Part shown: positions 30,608 to 39,882 of the stretch, one piece after another
How positions within the stretch are numbered: the first letter of the stretch is position 1
How the letters are laid out: the number at the start of each line of letters is the position of its first letter
Origin: Candidatus Shapirobacteria bacterium
GTDB taxonomy: Bacteria; Patescibacteriota; Microgenomatia; UBA12405
Direction of reading: 5' to 3'
Length of the DNA: 64,000 nt
Assembly: GCA_041659325.1 (NCBI GenBank)
Contig: JBAZYN010000002.1
Location: 206,082-270,081 of the forward strand
The notes under the pieces: model-generated
Databases searched by the model: none
What the model was told of the DNA's origin: nothing
Seen by the model: the letters and a program-made list of their open reading frames with translations, nothing else
Translations under genes and position numbers: made by a program

Positions 30608-32101
30608 TTAAAATGTTGCCGTGGCGGTGTATACCAATTTGCCTTCGTAATTTCCGGCCTCTTGGAAGTTGGTAACCGATAAGCGATAACAAACCCAGGC
30701 GGTTTCGCTGGTAGTGGGCGGACTGGCGCTAGAGAGAATGGTTTGGGCACTGGTGGAGCCTATACCGAAAGATTTGTAGCCTGTGTTGTAATCAAAGATG
30801 GAGGTGCCGACATTAATATTTTCGATTGAATAACCCCACTCTGACCGAGCCGTGTCAACGGCCGTCCAGGCGGCGGCGGTGGTGAATGAACAGCCACCAT
30901 TGCAGTCGGTGTCGGGGATGGTGGTGGTGGTGTTGATATTTTTCATATTATTTTCCTCAAAAACTGTGACGGCATAACCGTTGTCGGCATTGGTGACACA
31001 GGACAGGTGTTGGGCGAGATCGTTGAATACGGACAAGTTTAGAGATCCGAAATTGACAGCGGTAGCGGTAGTGTTGGGAGCGGCGGCGCTTAGAGGGGAA
31101 CCGCAAAGTGAGTCTCCGGCGCTTAGAACTCCGGAAGTGCCGATGGTAAAGGTAAGTGTCGGGTCGACGGTGGCAGTAACACGAACTGCTTCTACCAAGG
31201 CAATTCGGCCGGCGGTGGTGTCGGAGCTATATACTGCACCAGTGCTGTCGGTATGGCGAACGTAATAGAAATATGTGTCTCCGGAAGAATCGGCCTGACC
31301 CGGGGTGTGGCTAGAAGAGGCACTCGGATTAATTAACTGACTGCCGGTGGCGAGGTCTGTTCCAATAACCATGGAGACACCGACATCAACAGGATTGGTG
31401 GTGCCAGCAGCAAGGGCGCATTCGATGATATGAAAGGAACTGGTGGTCGACCCATTGGTAATAACGGCGGTGGTACCGGTGGCGGAAGCGGTAACGCCAA
31501 AAGGACAGGTAATATCGGCAAGGTTAACCCTGGTACCCAGGCCGGTTTGGGTGCCACCGACATCCTGACCGAGGTCAAAACCGTCTTGGTCGGGAATACC
31601 GTCGGCTTCTTTACCGGTGACCGAGGTGGCTTTGATGAGAAACTGCCATTTGTTTCCCGGAGACGTGGATTTGGGGGTGAAATGGACAGTATGGACGGCG
31701 GATCTGGTGGCGACAATGGCAGCACCGGCAAAATTATTGCTAACACCGATGCCGGTATTTAGTTGGATAGAGGCGGTATTACCAATGTCCCGAACTGTAT
31801 AGACGGTCATCGGACCGTTTAGGTCAGCTCCGGTAAAACCGATTGCGATGGTGTCTCCCACGAATAAATTGGAGGTGTTAAGTGATGGGGCGGTGCCAGC
31901 GGTCATTGATACTCTGATAACATTGTCGCCGGCAGAACTTCCGGCGCTAAGCCGGGCAAAATATGAGAGTTGGGAGGTGGAGAGAACGTCCTTGACGTTG
32001 GTGGAGGGGGCGGATTCGAGTTTTTTGGTCCGAGCAAAAAAGAAAAAACAAACGATTAACAGGCAGGAAAAAACGGAGAGCTCACGAATGGTACGTTTCA
32101 T
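30608..32101 (-). CDS. Secreted protein with a WxL-like C-terminal domain
   Basis: VTATVDPTLTFTI..VNFGSL..TNADNGYAVTV..YRLSV...QEAGNYEGKLVYTATATF. Confidence 0.65.
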   Translation of the reverse strand: MKRTIRELSVFSCLLIVCFFFFARTKKLESAPSTNVKDVLSTSQLSYFARLSAGSSAGDNVIRVSMTAGTAPSLNTSNLFVGDTIAIGFTGADLNGPMTVYTVRDIGNTASIQLNTGIGVSNNFAGAAIVATRSAVHTVHFTPKSTSPGNKWQFLIKATSVTGKEADGIPDQDGFDLGQDVGGTQTGLGTRVNLADITCPFGVTASATGTTAVITNGSTTSSFHIIECALAAGTTNPVDVGVSMVIGTDLATGSQLINPSASSSHTPGQADSSGDTYFYYVRHTDSTGAVYSSDTTAGRIALVEAVRVTATVDPTLTFTIGTSGVLSAGDSLCGSPLSAAAPNTTATAVNFGSLNLSVFNDLAQHLSCVTNADNGYAVTVFEENNMKNINTTTTIPDTDCNGGCSFTTAAAWTAVDTARSEWGYSIENINVGTSIFDYNTGYKSFGIGSTSAQTILSSASPPTTSETAWVCYRLSVTNFQEAGNYEGKLVYTATATF

Positions 32102-32216
32102 TTATAAATAGTTATAAAAATGGCAATAATTCCTATACCTTAAAGATAGACCAAGTTATTAACTATTGTCAATGAGTAGGTGGGTAAATTTTATTACAAA
32201 GGGAGTTGGGGCGGGA

Positions 32217-32260
32217 TGTGTATTTAATAGGTTGATTTTTAAAGAATATAGGTCTATAAT
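32217..32260 (+). promoter_or_regulatory. Promoter; the upstream 24 bp are duplicated at 32768-32791
   Basis: TTGATT (32232), 17 nt, TATAAT (32255); ATG 5 nt later. Confidence 0.65.
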
Positions 32261-32265
32261 GGGTT

Positions 32266-32707
32266 ATGGCTGAGTATGAAGTTGAGGTGTTGAGAAAAGG
32301 AGAATCTTTGGAGGGGGAAGGAGTTGTCGCTGTAGTTTCTAGTGGAGATCTTTTCGAAATAGATGGAATACGAGTTGATAATTGCTCAAGCCCGACTTCG
32401 GGTGTTATTGGGCAAGTGTGGGTTCCGGAAGGGGGCTTTAGGGTAAGCCTAGAAATGTTCGGGTCGAGGGTAGAAGTTGGTGGGAGGGTCTGTAAAGAAA
32501 AGTGCGTCCGGGGGGCTTAGTTTTAATGAAAATGCAGGTATAGGGGGGCAAGGTGTGGTGGCAGAGATTTTTAGAAGGGGTGAGGTGATTGATCAACAAA
32601 AATCGAAAGGGGAAAGTGTGGTGATGGTTAAAGACTCGCCAGTATCTGTTATTGTAGAAAAACCGAAAGGGGACACAATCGTTTTCAGGTATAGACAAGC
32701 TGTTTGA
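32266..32707 (+). pseudogene. Hypothetical gene split by an apparent single frameshift (84-aa and 76-aa ORFs)
   Basis: Two overlapping ORFs of similar Gly/Val/Glu composition. Deleting one G near ggtgggaggg (about 32479-32488) fuses them. Confidence 0.5.
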
Positions 32708-32767
32708 GGGTTTAATTCTTTGGCAAGGTTGAGAGAGACCGGAGTTTTTTATAAGTGAGGTTGTAGG

Positions 32768-32811
32768 TGTGTATTTAATAGGTTGATTTTTGGTGGTCAA
32801 AAGGATAAAGT
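32768..32811 (+). promoter_or_regulatory. Putative ppdK promoter
   Basis: TTGATT (32783), 17 nt, TAAAGT (32806); followed by a family A array at 32817-32849. Confidence 0.55.
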
Positions 32812-32849
32812 AAACGAGTCTAAAAGTTAAAAGTCTAAAAGTCGAAAGT

Positions 32850-35597
32850 ATGAAAACATCAAAAACAGAAAAAATGAAAAAATACGTCTATTTTTTTGGT
32901 AGTGGAAAAGCCGAGGGTGACAAGGATATGAAGTTTATATTGGGCGGAAAAGGGGCAAATTTAGCGGAAATGACAAACTTGGGGATTCCGGTACCGGCGG
33001 GTTTTACGATTTCAACTGAAGTTTGTAAATATTATGCAGAAAGTCTCAAAGTCGAAAAGTCCGAAAGTCTCAAAGTCGAAAAGTCTGAAAGTCTGAAAGC
33101 CGGAAAGTCGGAAGACAGATATCCGAAGGGGCTGGTAGAAGAGGTTGAGGAAGTACTGAAGAAACTGGAAAAAAATACGGGAAAAAGGTTTGGGGATGCA
33201 AAAAATCCGCTTTTGGTATCGGTTCGGTCCGGAGCAGCCGCCTCAATGCCGGGGATGATGGATACTATTTTAAATTTAGGTCTTAATGATAAAGTGGTGG
33301 CGGGAATGATTGAAAAAACCGGAAATGGGCGGTTTGTGTGGGATTCGTACCGAAGATTTATGCAGATGTTTGGCAATGTAGTCGATGGGGTGGAGCATGA
33401 GAAGTTCGAGCATGTGATAACTGAGGTTAAGGCCAAAAAGGGGATAAAGGCCGATACGGAAATGAAAGCCGAGGATTGGCAAGAGGTGGTATCGGGTTAT
33501 AAAAAGATTTACAGAATTGAGAAAGGCAGCGAATTTCCCGAAGATGCCAAAGAGCAGATGTGGCGGGCAATTAATGCGGTTTTTGGGTCGTGGAATAACC
33601 CTAGGGCCAATGTTTACCGCCAACTAAATAAAATCGATGAAAAGAAAATATTTGGGACGGCCGTGAATGTGCAAAGCATGGTGTTTGGAAATATGGGTGA
33701 TGACTGTGGGACGGGGGTGGCATTTACCCGAAATCCCTCAACCGGAGAAAACAAAGCTTACGGAGAATATTTGATGAATGCTCAGGGAGAAGACGTGGTG
33801 GCGGGAATAAGAACGCCAAAGCACTTGGAGTCCCTGAAGGAAGATAACGAGAAGGTGTATGCCCAGTTGATCAACATCTTTGAGAAGTTGGAGAAGCATT
33901 ATAAAGATATGCAGGATGTGGAATTTACGATTGAAAATGGAAATTTGTTTATCCTGCAGACTCGGAACGGCAAGAGAACGGCAGCGGCCATGGTTAGAGT
34001 GGCGTGTGATTTGGTAAAGGAAGGGTTGATTGACGAAAAGACGGCCTTGGTTCGGGTTGAGGCTGACAAGTTAGATCAGTTACTTCACCCGACATTGGAT
34101 GCAAAAGCCAAGGCAAATTTTAAAGTAATAGCCAAGGGGTTACCGGCTAGTCCGGGAGCAGCTTCGGGAAAAGTGGTGTTCAATGCCGAGGCGGCAGTTG
34201 AAGCCAAAGAAAAAGGAGAGAAAGTAATACTGGTTCGTCAGGAAACAAGCCCAGAGGACATTTCGGGAATGAATGCAGCCCAGGGGATTTTGACGGCCAG
34301 GGGCGGGATGACTTCTCATGCGGCAGTAGTGGCCAGAGGTATGGGTAAATGTTGTGTGTCTGGCGCTGAGAACGTAATAGTGCTAGAAGCAGGAAAGATG
34401 TTTAAAGTAGGTGATTTGGTGGTAAATGAGGGGGACATAATAACTCTGGATGGAGGAACAGGCGAAGTGCTTTTGGGCCAAGTACCGACAATGGCGCCCG
34501 AGTTATCGGGATATTTTGAGCAGATTATGAAATGGGCGGATAAGTATCGAAAATTGGGAGTAAGAACCAATGCAGATACACCCAAGGATGCAAAGACAGC
34601 CCGGGAGTTTGGGGCGGAGGGGATCGGGCTTTGCCGAACCGAACATATGTTCTTTGCCGAGGATAGGATTTTTGCGGTCCGCCAGATGATTGTGGCGGAT
34701 ACTTTGGAGCAGAGGGAAGTGGCTCTGAAAAAGATTTTCCCAATGCAAAAAAATGATTTTAAACAATTGTTTGAAATTATGAGGGGGCTGCCGGTGAAAA
34801 TAAGATTATTGGATCCACCGCTTCACGAATTTTTACCTCAAAAGAAAGAGGATGTTGAAGCTTTGGCCAAAGAGATGGGAATAACTACCGAAAAATTGCA
34901 GGAGAAAATAGATTCTTTGCATGAGTTTAATCCAATGATGGGACACAGAGGCTGTAGATTGGGAATTACTTTCCCGGAGATTTTTGTGATGCAGGTAAAG
35001 GCAATAATGACAGCCGCCTGCGAGGTGTCAAAAGAAGGGCAGACACATCGGTCTGCCCATACAATCAAGCCGGAAATCATGATTCCGTTGGTGGGTGATG
35101 TGGAAGAATTGAAGTGGCTTAAGGTCAGATTGGTTCCGGCAATTGAGGAAACCATGAAAGAGATGGGGGTAAAGCTTGACTATGAGATTGGGACAATGAT
35201 TGAGATTCCGAGAGCAGCAGTAACGGCTGATGAGATTGCGGTAGAGGCTGATTTCTTCTCGTTTGGGACGAATGATTTGACCCAGATGACCTATGGATTT
35301 TCGAGAGATGATGCCGGAAAGTTTTTGAAGGATTATATCAGCCAAAAAATATTGGTGGAAGATCCTTTCAAGAGCGTTGATCAGGTGGGAGTAGGTAAAT
35401 TGATGAAAATGGCAGTAGAGCTTGGTAGGGGAACTAAAAAGCATCTGCACGTAGGGATTTGCGGTGAGCAGGGCGGAGATCCTGATACTGTAAAATTTTG
35501 CCATAGAATAGGACTAGATTATGTATCCTGTTCGCCTTATCGGGTGCCGATTGCCAGATTAGCAGCAGCTCAGGCGGCGGTGGAAGAAAAGAAATAA
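32850..35597 (+). CDS. ppdK: Pyruvate, phosphate dikinase with two in-frame repeat inserts
   Basis: LGGKGANLAEM, LLVSVRSGA..SMPGMMDT, GGMTSHAAVVARG (phospho-His), GIGLCRTEHMF, FFSFGTNDLTQ. Confidence 0.97.
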   Translation: MKTSKTEKMKKYVYFFGSGKAEGDKDMKFILGGKGANLAEMTNLGIPVPAGFTISTEVCKYYAESLKVEKSESLKVEKSESLKAGKSEDRYPKGLVEEVEEVLKKLEKNTGKRFGDAKNPLLVSVRSGAAASMPGMMDTILNLGLNDKVVAGMIEKTGNGRFVWDSYRRFMQMFGNVVDGVEHEKFEHVITEVKAKKGIKADTEMKAEDWQEVVSGYKKIYRIEKGSEFPEDAKEQMWRAINAVFGSWNNPRANVYRQLNKIDEKKIFGTAVNVQSMVFGNMGDDCGTGVAFTRNPSTGENKAYGEYLMNAQGEDVVAGIRTPKHLESLKEDNEKVYAQLINIFEKLEKHYKDMQDVEFTIENGNLFILQTRNGKRTAAAMVRVACDLVKEGLIDEKTALVRVEADKLDQLLHPTLDAKAKANFKVIAKGLPASPGAASGKVVFNAEAAVEAKEKGEKVILVRQETSPEDISGMNAAQGILTARGGMTSHAAVVARGMGKCCVSGAENVIVLEAGKMFKVGDLVVNEGDIITLDGGTGEVLLGQVPTMAPELSGYFEQIMKWADKYRKLGVRTNADTPKDAKTAREFGAEGIGLCRTEHMFFAEDRIFAVRQMIVADTLEQREVALKKIFPMQKNDFKQLFEIMRGLPVKIRLLDPPLHEFLPQKKEDVEALAKEMGITTEKLQEKIDSLHEFNPMMGHRGCRLGITFPEIFVMQVKAIMTAACEVSKEGQTHRSAHTIKPEIMIPLVGDVEELKWLKVRLVPAIEETMKEMGVKLDYEIGTMIEIPRAAVTADEIAVEADFFSFGTNDLTQMTYGFSRDDAGKFLKDYISQKILVEDPFKSVDQVGVGKLMKMAVELGRGTKKHLHVGICGEQGGDPDTVKFCHRIGLDYVSCSPYRVPIARLAAAQAAVEEKK
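33039..33110 (+). repeat. Family A array in frame in ppdK: nine 8-mers (72 nt), ESLKVEKS-like x3
   Basis: gaaagtct caaagtcg aaaagtcc gaaagtct caaagtcg aaaagtct gaaagtct gaaagccg gaaagtcg. Confidence 0.9.
35037..35063. repeat. REP variant in frame in ppdK (GQTHRSAHT)
   Basis: gggcagacacatcggtctgcccataca; compensatory stem gggcagac/gtctgccc. Confidence 0.85.
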
Positions 35598-35616
35598 AGC
35601 TCTTGAAGGTGGAATT

Positions 35617-35644
35617 AAAGCCCCGCTTAAACGGCGGGGTTTTT
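35617..35644 (+). terminator. Intrinsic terminator after ppdK
   Basis: gccccgc-ttaaacg-gcggggt followed by a T run. Confidence 0.75.
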
Positions 35645-35654
35645 GGTATGGGTA

Positions 35655-35683
35655 TTGAAATAAATCCTATAATATGATATAAT
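35655..35683 (+). promoter_or_regulatory. Sigma70-type promoter
   Basis: TTGAAA, 17 nt, TATAAT. Confidence 0.65.
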
Positions 35684-35795
35684 GGGGGTGTTCTTTAAGT
35701 ACCTTAAAAACTGATGCCAGACAAGTGGTTTTTCCGGTCCAAAAGTGAAAAATCAGGTATTTTTTACTTTTGGGTCGTGAAAGATCACTTATGTT

Positions 35796-36377
35796 ATGAA
35801 AAAGGAGATGATTGTGAAGAAGCGCTATGTTTTGCTATTCGTCGCGCTGCTGGCTATGTTGGTGGTTGGGTGTGAGGTTACTCCGGGTGTTGCGCCTGCG
35901 CCTGTGCCTGCAGACACCCTCGAAGGGATGACTGAAGCGGAAGTCGAGGTTGTGCCGACGATAGTGTTGGTGCAACTGCCACTCGAGTCATTTCCGGACG
36001 ATGCACTCTGGAGTTTGACCGTGGAGATTGTAGACTCTACCGAGGGTACGGTTTGGGATGAGGCGCGAGGTCAGCGCAGATCTGGGGATTTTGCCATTTC
36101 TGTGTTTGGGTGGGAAAAAGGATATATTCTCTACCCTTGGGATGGGAATACCCGTATTGGCGCGGTGAAGCAGGTAGAGGTCGATTTTGGTCTTGTTCCA
36201 AGCATCCGTGAAGAGGATAAGACGTATATCACAGAAGCGCTTTCGCGGATTGCGGGGACCAACGATATGGGAATCCAAGACCTGGTGTGGAAGGTCACGA
36301 ATGCGACCTATACGGACGAAGGTCTAAGCATGAACCTGGTGTTCTTCTCTCTTGAGGGGAGGAAACCAGCGAACTAG
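35796..36377 (+). CDS. Hypothetical acidic lipoprotein-like protein
   Basis: KKR, hydrophobic stretch, LVVG-C lipobox-like motif. Confidence 0.65.
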   Translation: MKKEMIVKKRYVLLFVALLAMLVVGCEVTPGVAPAPVPADTLEGMTEAEVEVVPTIVLVQLPLESFPDDALWSLTVEIVDSTEGTVWDEARGQRRSGDFAISVFGWEKGYILYPWDGNTRIGAVKQVEVDFGLVPSIREEDKTYITEALSRIAGTNDMGIQDLVWKVTNATYTDEGLSMNLVFFSLEGRKPAN

Positions 36378-36564
36378 TTCGGCGGGCGCAGTCTGGCGTT
36401 AGGAGGTCCGGAAGAGGGCAAAGGAGAAGGTGGGAAGCGCTACGCTTTCTATTTTTGATTTTGTTTCTCTTCCGGGCCGGTGTGTGTGTTTTTCTTTTTT
36501 CTGTTTTAAAAAGATGATTTTTTAATTGGGAAAAGAGAAAAAATTTAAATCACCCTTTTTTAAC

Positions 36565-37235
36565 GCTCCCCTGTCAAGGGGAGCTGTCCGTAGGACTGAG
36601 GGGTTTGAGATTAAAACCCCTTTTGTGTTTAAACCCTGTCCTAACCTTTCCCTTGACAGGTCAAGGCATAATATGTCATCTTCTCCCTATCAAGAGGAGG
36701 ATTTAAAATTCAAACCCCTCTTGTATTCTCCCCTTGACAGGGGAGAAAATGGGACGGGGATGAAAACCGGTATTATTTTTGAGGCTAAAACTAAAAAATA
36801 TCATTTGAAATATAGGGATTCTTTAACATGGGCAGCAAAAAATAATCGTAAAAATGAAACAGAAAGTGAAAAATTATTATGGAATAAGTTATTGAGGAAA
36901 AAGAATTTAGGTTATAAATTTACCAGACAAAAACCAATAAACAGGTTTATCGTTGATTTTTATTGTTCTGAATTAAGTTTAGCTATTGAAATAGACGGTG
37001 ATTCTCATAACCTTAGGAAGGACAGAGATAGTCTAAGAGATAAATATTTATATACCTGTGGAATTAAAACGTTAAGAATAAGCGATAAGGATGTGATAAA
37101 TGATATTGGAAAAGTAGAAAAAGAAATTAATGAATTTATTAGATGCTCCCCTGTCAAGGGGAGCTGTCCGTAGGACTGAGGGGTTTGGAGGTAGGGTTTG
37201 CCGGTCGACAGGGGAAGGGTTTGGGGTAAGGTTCG
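36565..37235. repeat. Cluster of DUF559-associated hairpin repeats (family E); identical 43-bp copies at 36565-36607 and 37145-37187
   Basis: gctcccctgtcaaggggagctgtccgtaggactgaggggtttg twice, plus inverted/degenerate copies near 36632-36666, 36712-36746 and 37205-37235. Confidence 0.88.
36760..37173 (+). CDS. DUF559 / Vsr-like endonuclease
   Basis: RKNETESEKLLW..LR, KFTRQKPI.RFIVDFYC, LAIEIDGDSH, DSLRDKYL...GIKTLR. The upstream extension to 36526 is made of repeats. Confidence 0.9.
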   Translation: MKTGIIFEAKTKKYHLKYRDSLTWAAKNNRKNETESEKLLWNKLLRKKNLGYKFTRQKPINRFIVDFYCSELSLAIEIDGDSHNLRKDRDSLRDKYLYTCGIKTLRISDKDVINDIGKVEKEINEFIRCSPVKGSCP

Positions 37236-37249
37236 AAGTGGGGGTAGAT

Positions 37250-38107
37250 TTAGGAACGTGTAACACTGCCATGCTTTGCTCGTAATGACGATTGGGTTTT
37301 GATGATGAAGATTAGTGCAGGGATAATCAGCAAAATCAGCAGGGAAAAAGGAAAGACAAAAAAGGTAGTAGAAAAGGACTTGGCGGAAATGGAGGGGTCA
37401 AAGTTGATGGTGGCGGTATAAGCACCCGGCCAAAAGGGAGGGGAGATGGTACAACTTTCCTGGCACTGGAGATTACGGCGGTGGTTTGAAAGGACATTGA
37501 GAGGGCTCAGCTCGATTCTTTTGATGACGAGGCCATTTTTGGAAATAGTAAGGTCACCGATAGTTTTAAAATAGAAGCCGGAGTCATTTCTAATTTGAGC
37601 CGAGAAGGTAACAGGGGTGAAGAAAATATCTTTTATTTTTGGGGTGGCTTTAAAGTTATCAACAGAAATATCGGTGGCGGGGTTTTCGGTTTGGGAAACG
37701 GAGAGAAGGATATGAGACCCGATTTTACCCGAAGTTCCGGAAAAAGAACCAGAGGTAGCAGAGGTTTGTCGCTGCGAGATAAAAAAGGTGTAGTAATAAT
37801 CACCAAGGTTGGCATCGGGGGCAACTTCAATTTTGAGGACAAGTTGACGGGTGGATTTTGGCATCAGGACAAAGGGGCTATCAAGCCGGTTATCCTGATT
37901 GGTTAGGGAAAACTGAAGGTAATTGGTGGAAGCGACGTTGTCGTAGGTGACGGAACCGTCGGGTCCGGTTGGTTTCCAGGGGAGGACAGAGGCGTCGACG
38001 GCAAGGCTGGTGTTGGAGTTATTGGTGACGTTATAAACCTGAGTAATGACACCACCGGGGAGAACGACGAATTCGGTTTGGGCTGGTTTTAGGGTAATAT
38101 CAAACAT
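37250..38107 (-). CDS. Second DUF916/WxL-interacting-like protein
   Basis: P...E.VVLPG, VAPDANLGDYY, F.AQIRNDSG, GAYTATI, C-terminal TM; parallels 29571..30566. Confidence 0.6.
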   Translation of the reverse strand: MFDITLKPAQTEFVVLPGGVITQVYNVTNNSNTSLAVDASVLPWKPTGPDGSVTYDNVASTNYLQFSLTNQDNRLDSPFVLMPKSTRQLVLKIEVAPDANLGDYYYTFFISQRQTSATSGSFSGTSGKIGSHILLSVSQTENPATDISVDNFKATPKIKDIFFTPVTFSAQIRNDSGFYFKTIGDLTISKNGLVIKRIELSPLNVLSNHRRNLQCQESCTISPPFWPGAYTATINFDPSISAKSFSTTFFVFPFSLLILLIIPALIFIIKTQSSLRAKHGSVTRS

Positions 38108-38109
38108 AG

Positions 38110-38835
38110 TTAATATTTGGGAATGGCAATAAAGGTAATGGCGTTTTCGTAGTTGCCGGCGGATTGAGTGGCTAGGATGTTGACTTTGTAGGTAATAGAA
38201 GCAGTCCGACTTCGGGACGGGACGTTTTCAGACATAAAAATATGGCCTGAGGTGGCAAAGGGACGGTAGTGGCTGGAAGTGGGGAAATAAGTGGCACCGA
38301 TGCCGGAAACATTGTAGCCAAAGCCGTAGGCGGTGGGCGAGTTCCAGACATTGGAGGAAGAAACGGTACACGAGGTGGCCTGGTCGCAGGAAGTATCGGG
38401 AATGGTGGTTTGTGAACCGACTAGGGTCAGGGGGTGGTTTTCCAAAACATAGATATCATAGCCATGGCCGGAAGGAGAGGAGACAGTGACAGTATGGCTT
38501 TGGGTGGTGCCGATGTCGGGGGTAAGGGTGCCAAAATTTATGGCCAGGTCGGGATTGTTGATTTTGAAAGAAAAATCGAATAAAAGATCGTAGATGTATT
38601 GAAAACCGGATTTGACAATATAGCCACCGTCAAGGCTGAATTTCCCTGGGGCAAATTGACCGACAGTGTCGGTAAGCTGATAAGTAGTGGAGGATTTTTT
38701 GCCGGAGGTCATGTTGAAATTCCCCATGTCGATAATGTAGCTATCGGAGGAGAAACGTTGAGCGTGGCTGGTAATTGGTAACCAGTAATTAGTAATTAGT
38801 AATAAGAAAAGAGTTAGAAAGATTTTAGATTTCAT
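38110..38835 (-). CDS. Secreted WxL-like protein
   Basis: Signal peptide; INFGTL, TIPDTSCD...CT, YGFGYN, YKVNI...QSAGNYENAITFIAIPKY; parallels 30608..32101. Confidence 0.62.
   Translation of the reverse strand: MKSKIFLTLFLLLITNYWLPITSHAQRFSSDSYIIDMGNFNMTSGKKSSTTYQLTDTVGQFAPGKFSLDGGYIVKSGFQYIYDLLFDFSFKINNPDLAINFGTLTPDIGTTQSHTVTVSSPSGHGYDIYVLENHPLTLVGSQTTIPDTSCDQATSCTVSSSNVWNSPTAYGFGYNVSGIGATYFPTSSHYRPFATSGHIFMSENVPSRSRTASITYKVNILATQSAGNYENAITFIAIPKY
38770..38803 (-). repeat. Heptamer array within a signal peptide (LITNYWLPIT)
   Basis: gtaattg gtaacca gtaatta gtaatta gtaat. Confidence 0.75.
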
Positions 38836-39475
38836 CAATGGTTCTGTCGCTATCTTCATTGATATAGTTTGATACTTTATTGGAGGAATTGGATATATAT
38901 TTTAGGTCGTTTTTTATTTTTGTCAGAGAGACTTTTTGGGAAGAGGTAAGGTCGGAGCTGCCAAGAAGGTTAGTGATGGAATCGGTGGTGTTTTTGATGA
39001 AACCTTTAAATTTTAGGGAATGCCAGAGGAGAATGTCGGTTTCTTCCTGGGAAATCTGGCGATCAAGGGTAGTCTTTTCCAAATACTGACGGCTGACAAA
39101 CCAGGCAAGGGGATCAATTAGGAGAAGAGAAAGAAGAGGAATGAGGGAGGAAGCGGAGTTTAGAGATTGGGAGAGAAAAATAATAATGATTAGAGAGTAC
39201 GCCAGGGTGAAGGAGGGCGAAAGCCGGAAGGCAGAAATAAATAAAAGAAAGTAGACGAGAAAAAAGCCGGGGGAATTGAGACCGCCGGTGGTGAAAATAA
39301 TGACGTTAACAATAGCGCCGATAAGATTGAGGTATAGAGTTTTTTTGTAAATCGAGAGTCCGAGGGTGATGATAGCCAGGAGAGCGATTAGCTGAGGGGT
39401 CAGATGAGTATAGGGGGAAATGGAAAAGAGATAGGCAAGAGTGGTGGTGATGAAAAAATAGGCAATGGATTGCAT
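38825..39475 (-). CDS. Polytopic membrane protein with a soluble C-terminal tail
   Basis: Likely start MQSIAYFF; about 5 TM helices with TGGLNSP.F motif. The ORF-track extension is antisense to comEA. Confidence 0.7.
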   Translation of the reverse strand: MQSIAYFFITTTLAYLFSISPYTHLTPQLIALLAIITLGLSIYKKTLYLNLIGAIVNVIIFTTGGLNSPGFFLVYFLLFISAFRLSPSFTLAYSLIIIIFLSQSLNSASSLIPLLSLLLIDPLAWFVSRQYLEKTTLDRQISQEETDILLWHSLKFKGFIKNTTDSITNLLGSSDLTSSQKVSLTKIKNDLKYISNSSNKVSNYINEDSDRTIDEI

Positions 39476-39500
39476 TAATATTATGGTAGCATTTTTGGAG

Positions 39501-39878
39501 ATGGGCAAGAAATGGTGGAGGTCCAAGTGGATTATTGATTTAATCTTGGTTTTGGGGATATTAATGGTGGCGTTGGGGGTGGGAATGGAAATCGAGGGCC
39601 AAAAACAGGTTTCTGAAGTGGTGGTGGAGAAGGGAGCAGTAAAGGGAGTAGTGGTGGCCCCGTCGGCGGCGGGAACAGGAATTAGAACAGGGATAAATAT
39701 CAACAAGGCCACGGCCGAAGAGTTGGACGTTTTGCCTGGTATCGGGCCGGCGATAGCTAAAAGAATAATAGAGTATAGGGAGAAAAACGGTGGTTTTTTG
39801 AATACAGAGGAAATTAAGTTAGTCAGCGGGATAGGAGAGAAATTGTTTGAAAAAATTAAGGACAAGATCACTATCTGA
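39501..39878 (+). CDS. comEA: Competence DNA-binding protein ComEA (HhH)
   Basis: TM, then ININKATAEELDVLPGIGPAIAKRIIEYR and V.GIGEK. Confidence 0.93.
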   Translation: MGKKWWRSKWIIDLILVLGILMVALGVGMEIEGQKQVSEVVVEKGAVKGVVVAPSAAGTGIRTGININKATAEELDVLPGIGPAIAKRIIEYREKNGGFLNTEEIKLVSGIGEKLFEKIKDKITI

Positions 39879-39882
39879 ATGG

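Noticed and set aside
36526-36759. N-terminal 78 aa of the DUF559 ORF
   Set aside because: TTG start and sequence made of family E repeats; ATG 36760 is more plausible, though translation cannot be excluded.
39476-39871. N-terminal extension of ORF 38825..39871
   Set aside because: Antisense to comEA; a better start is at 39475.
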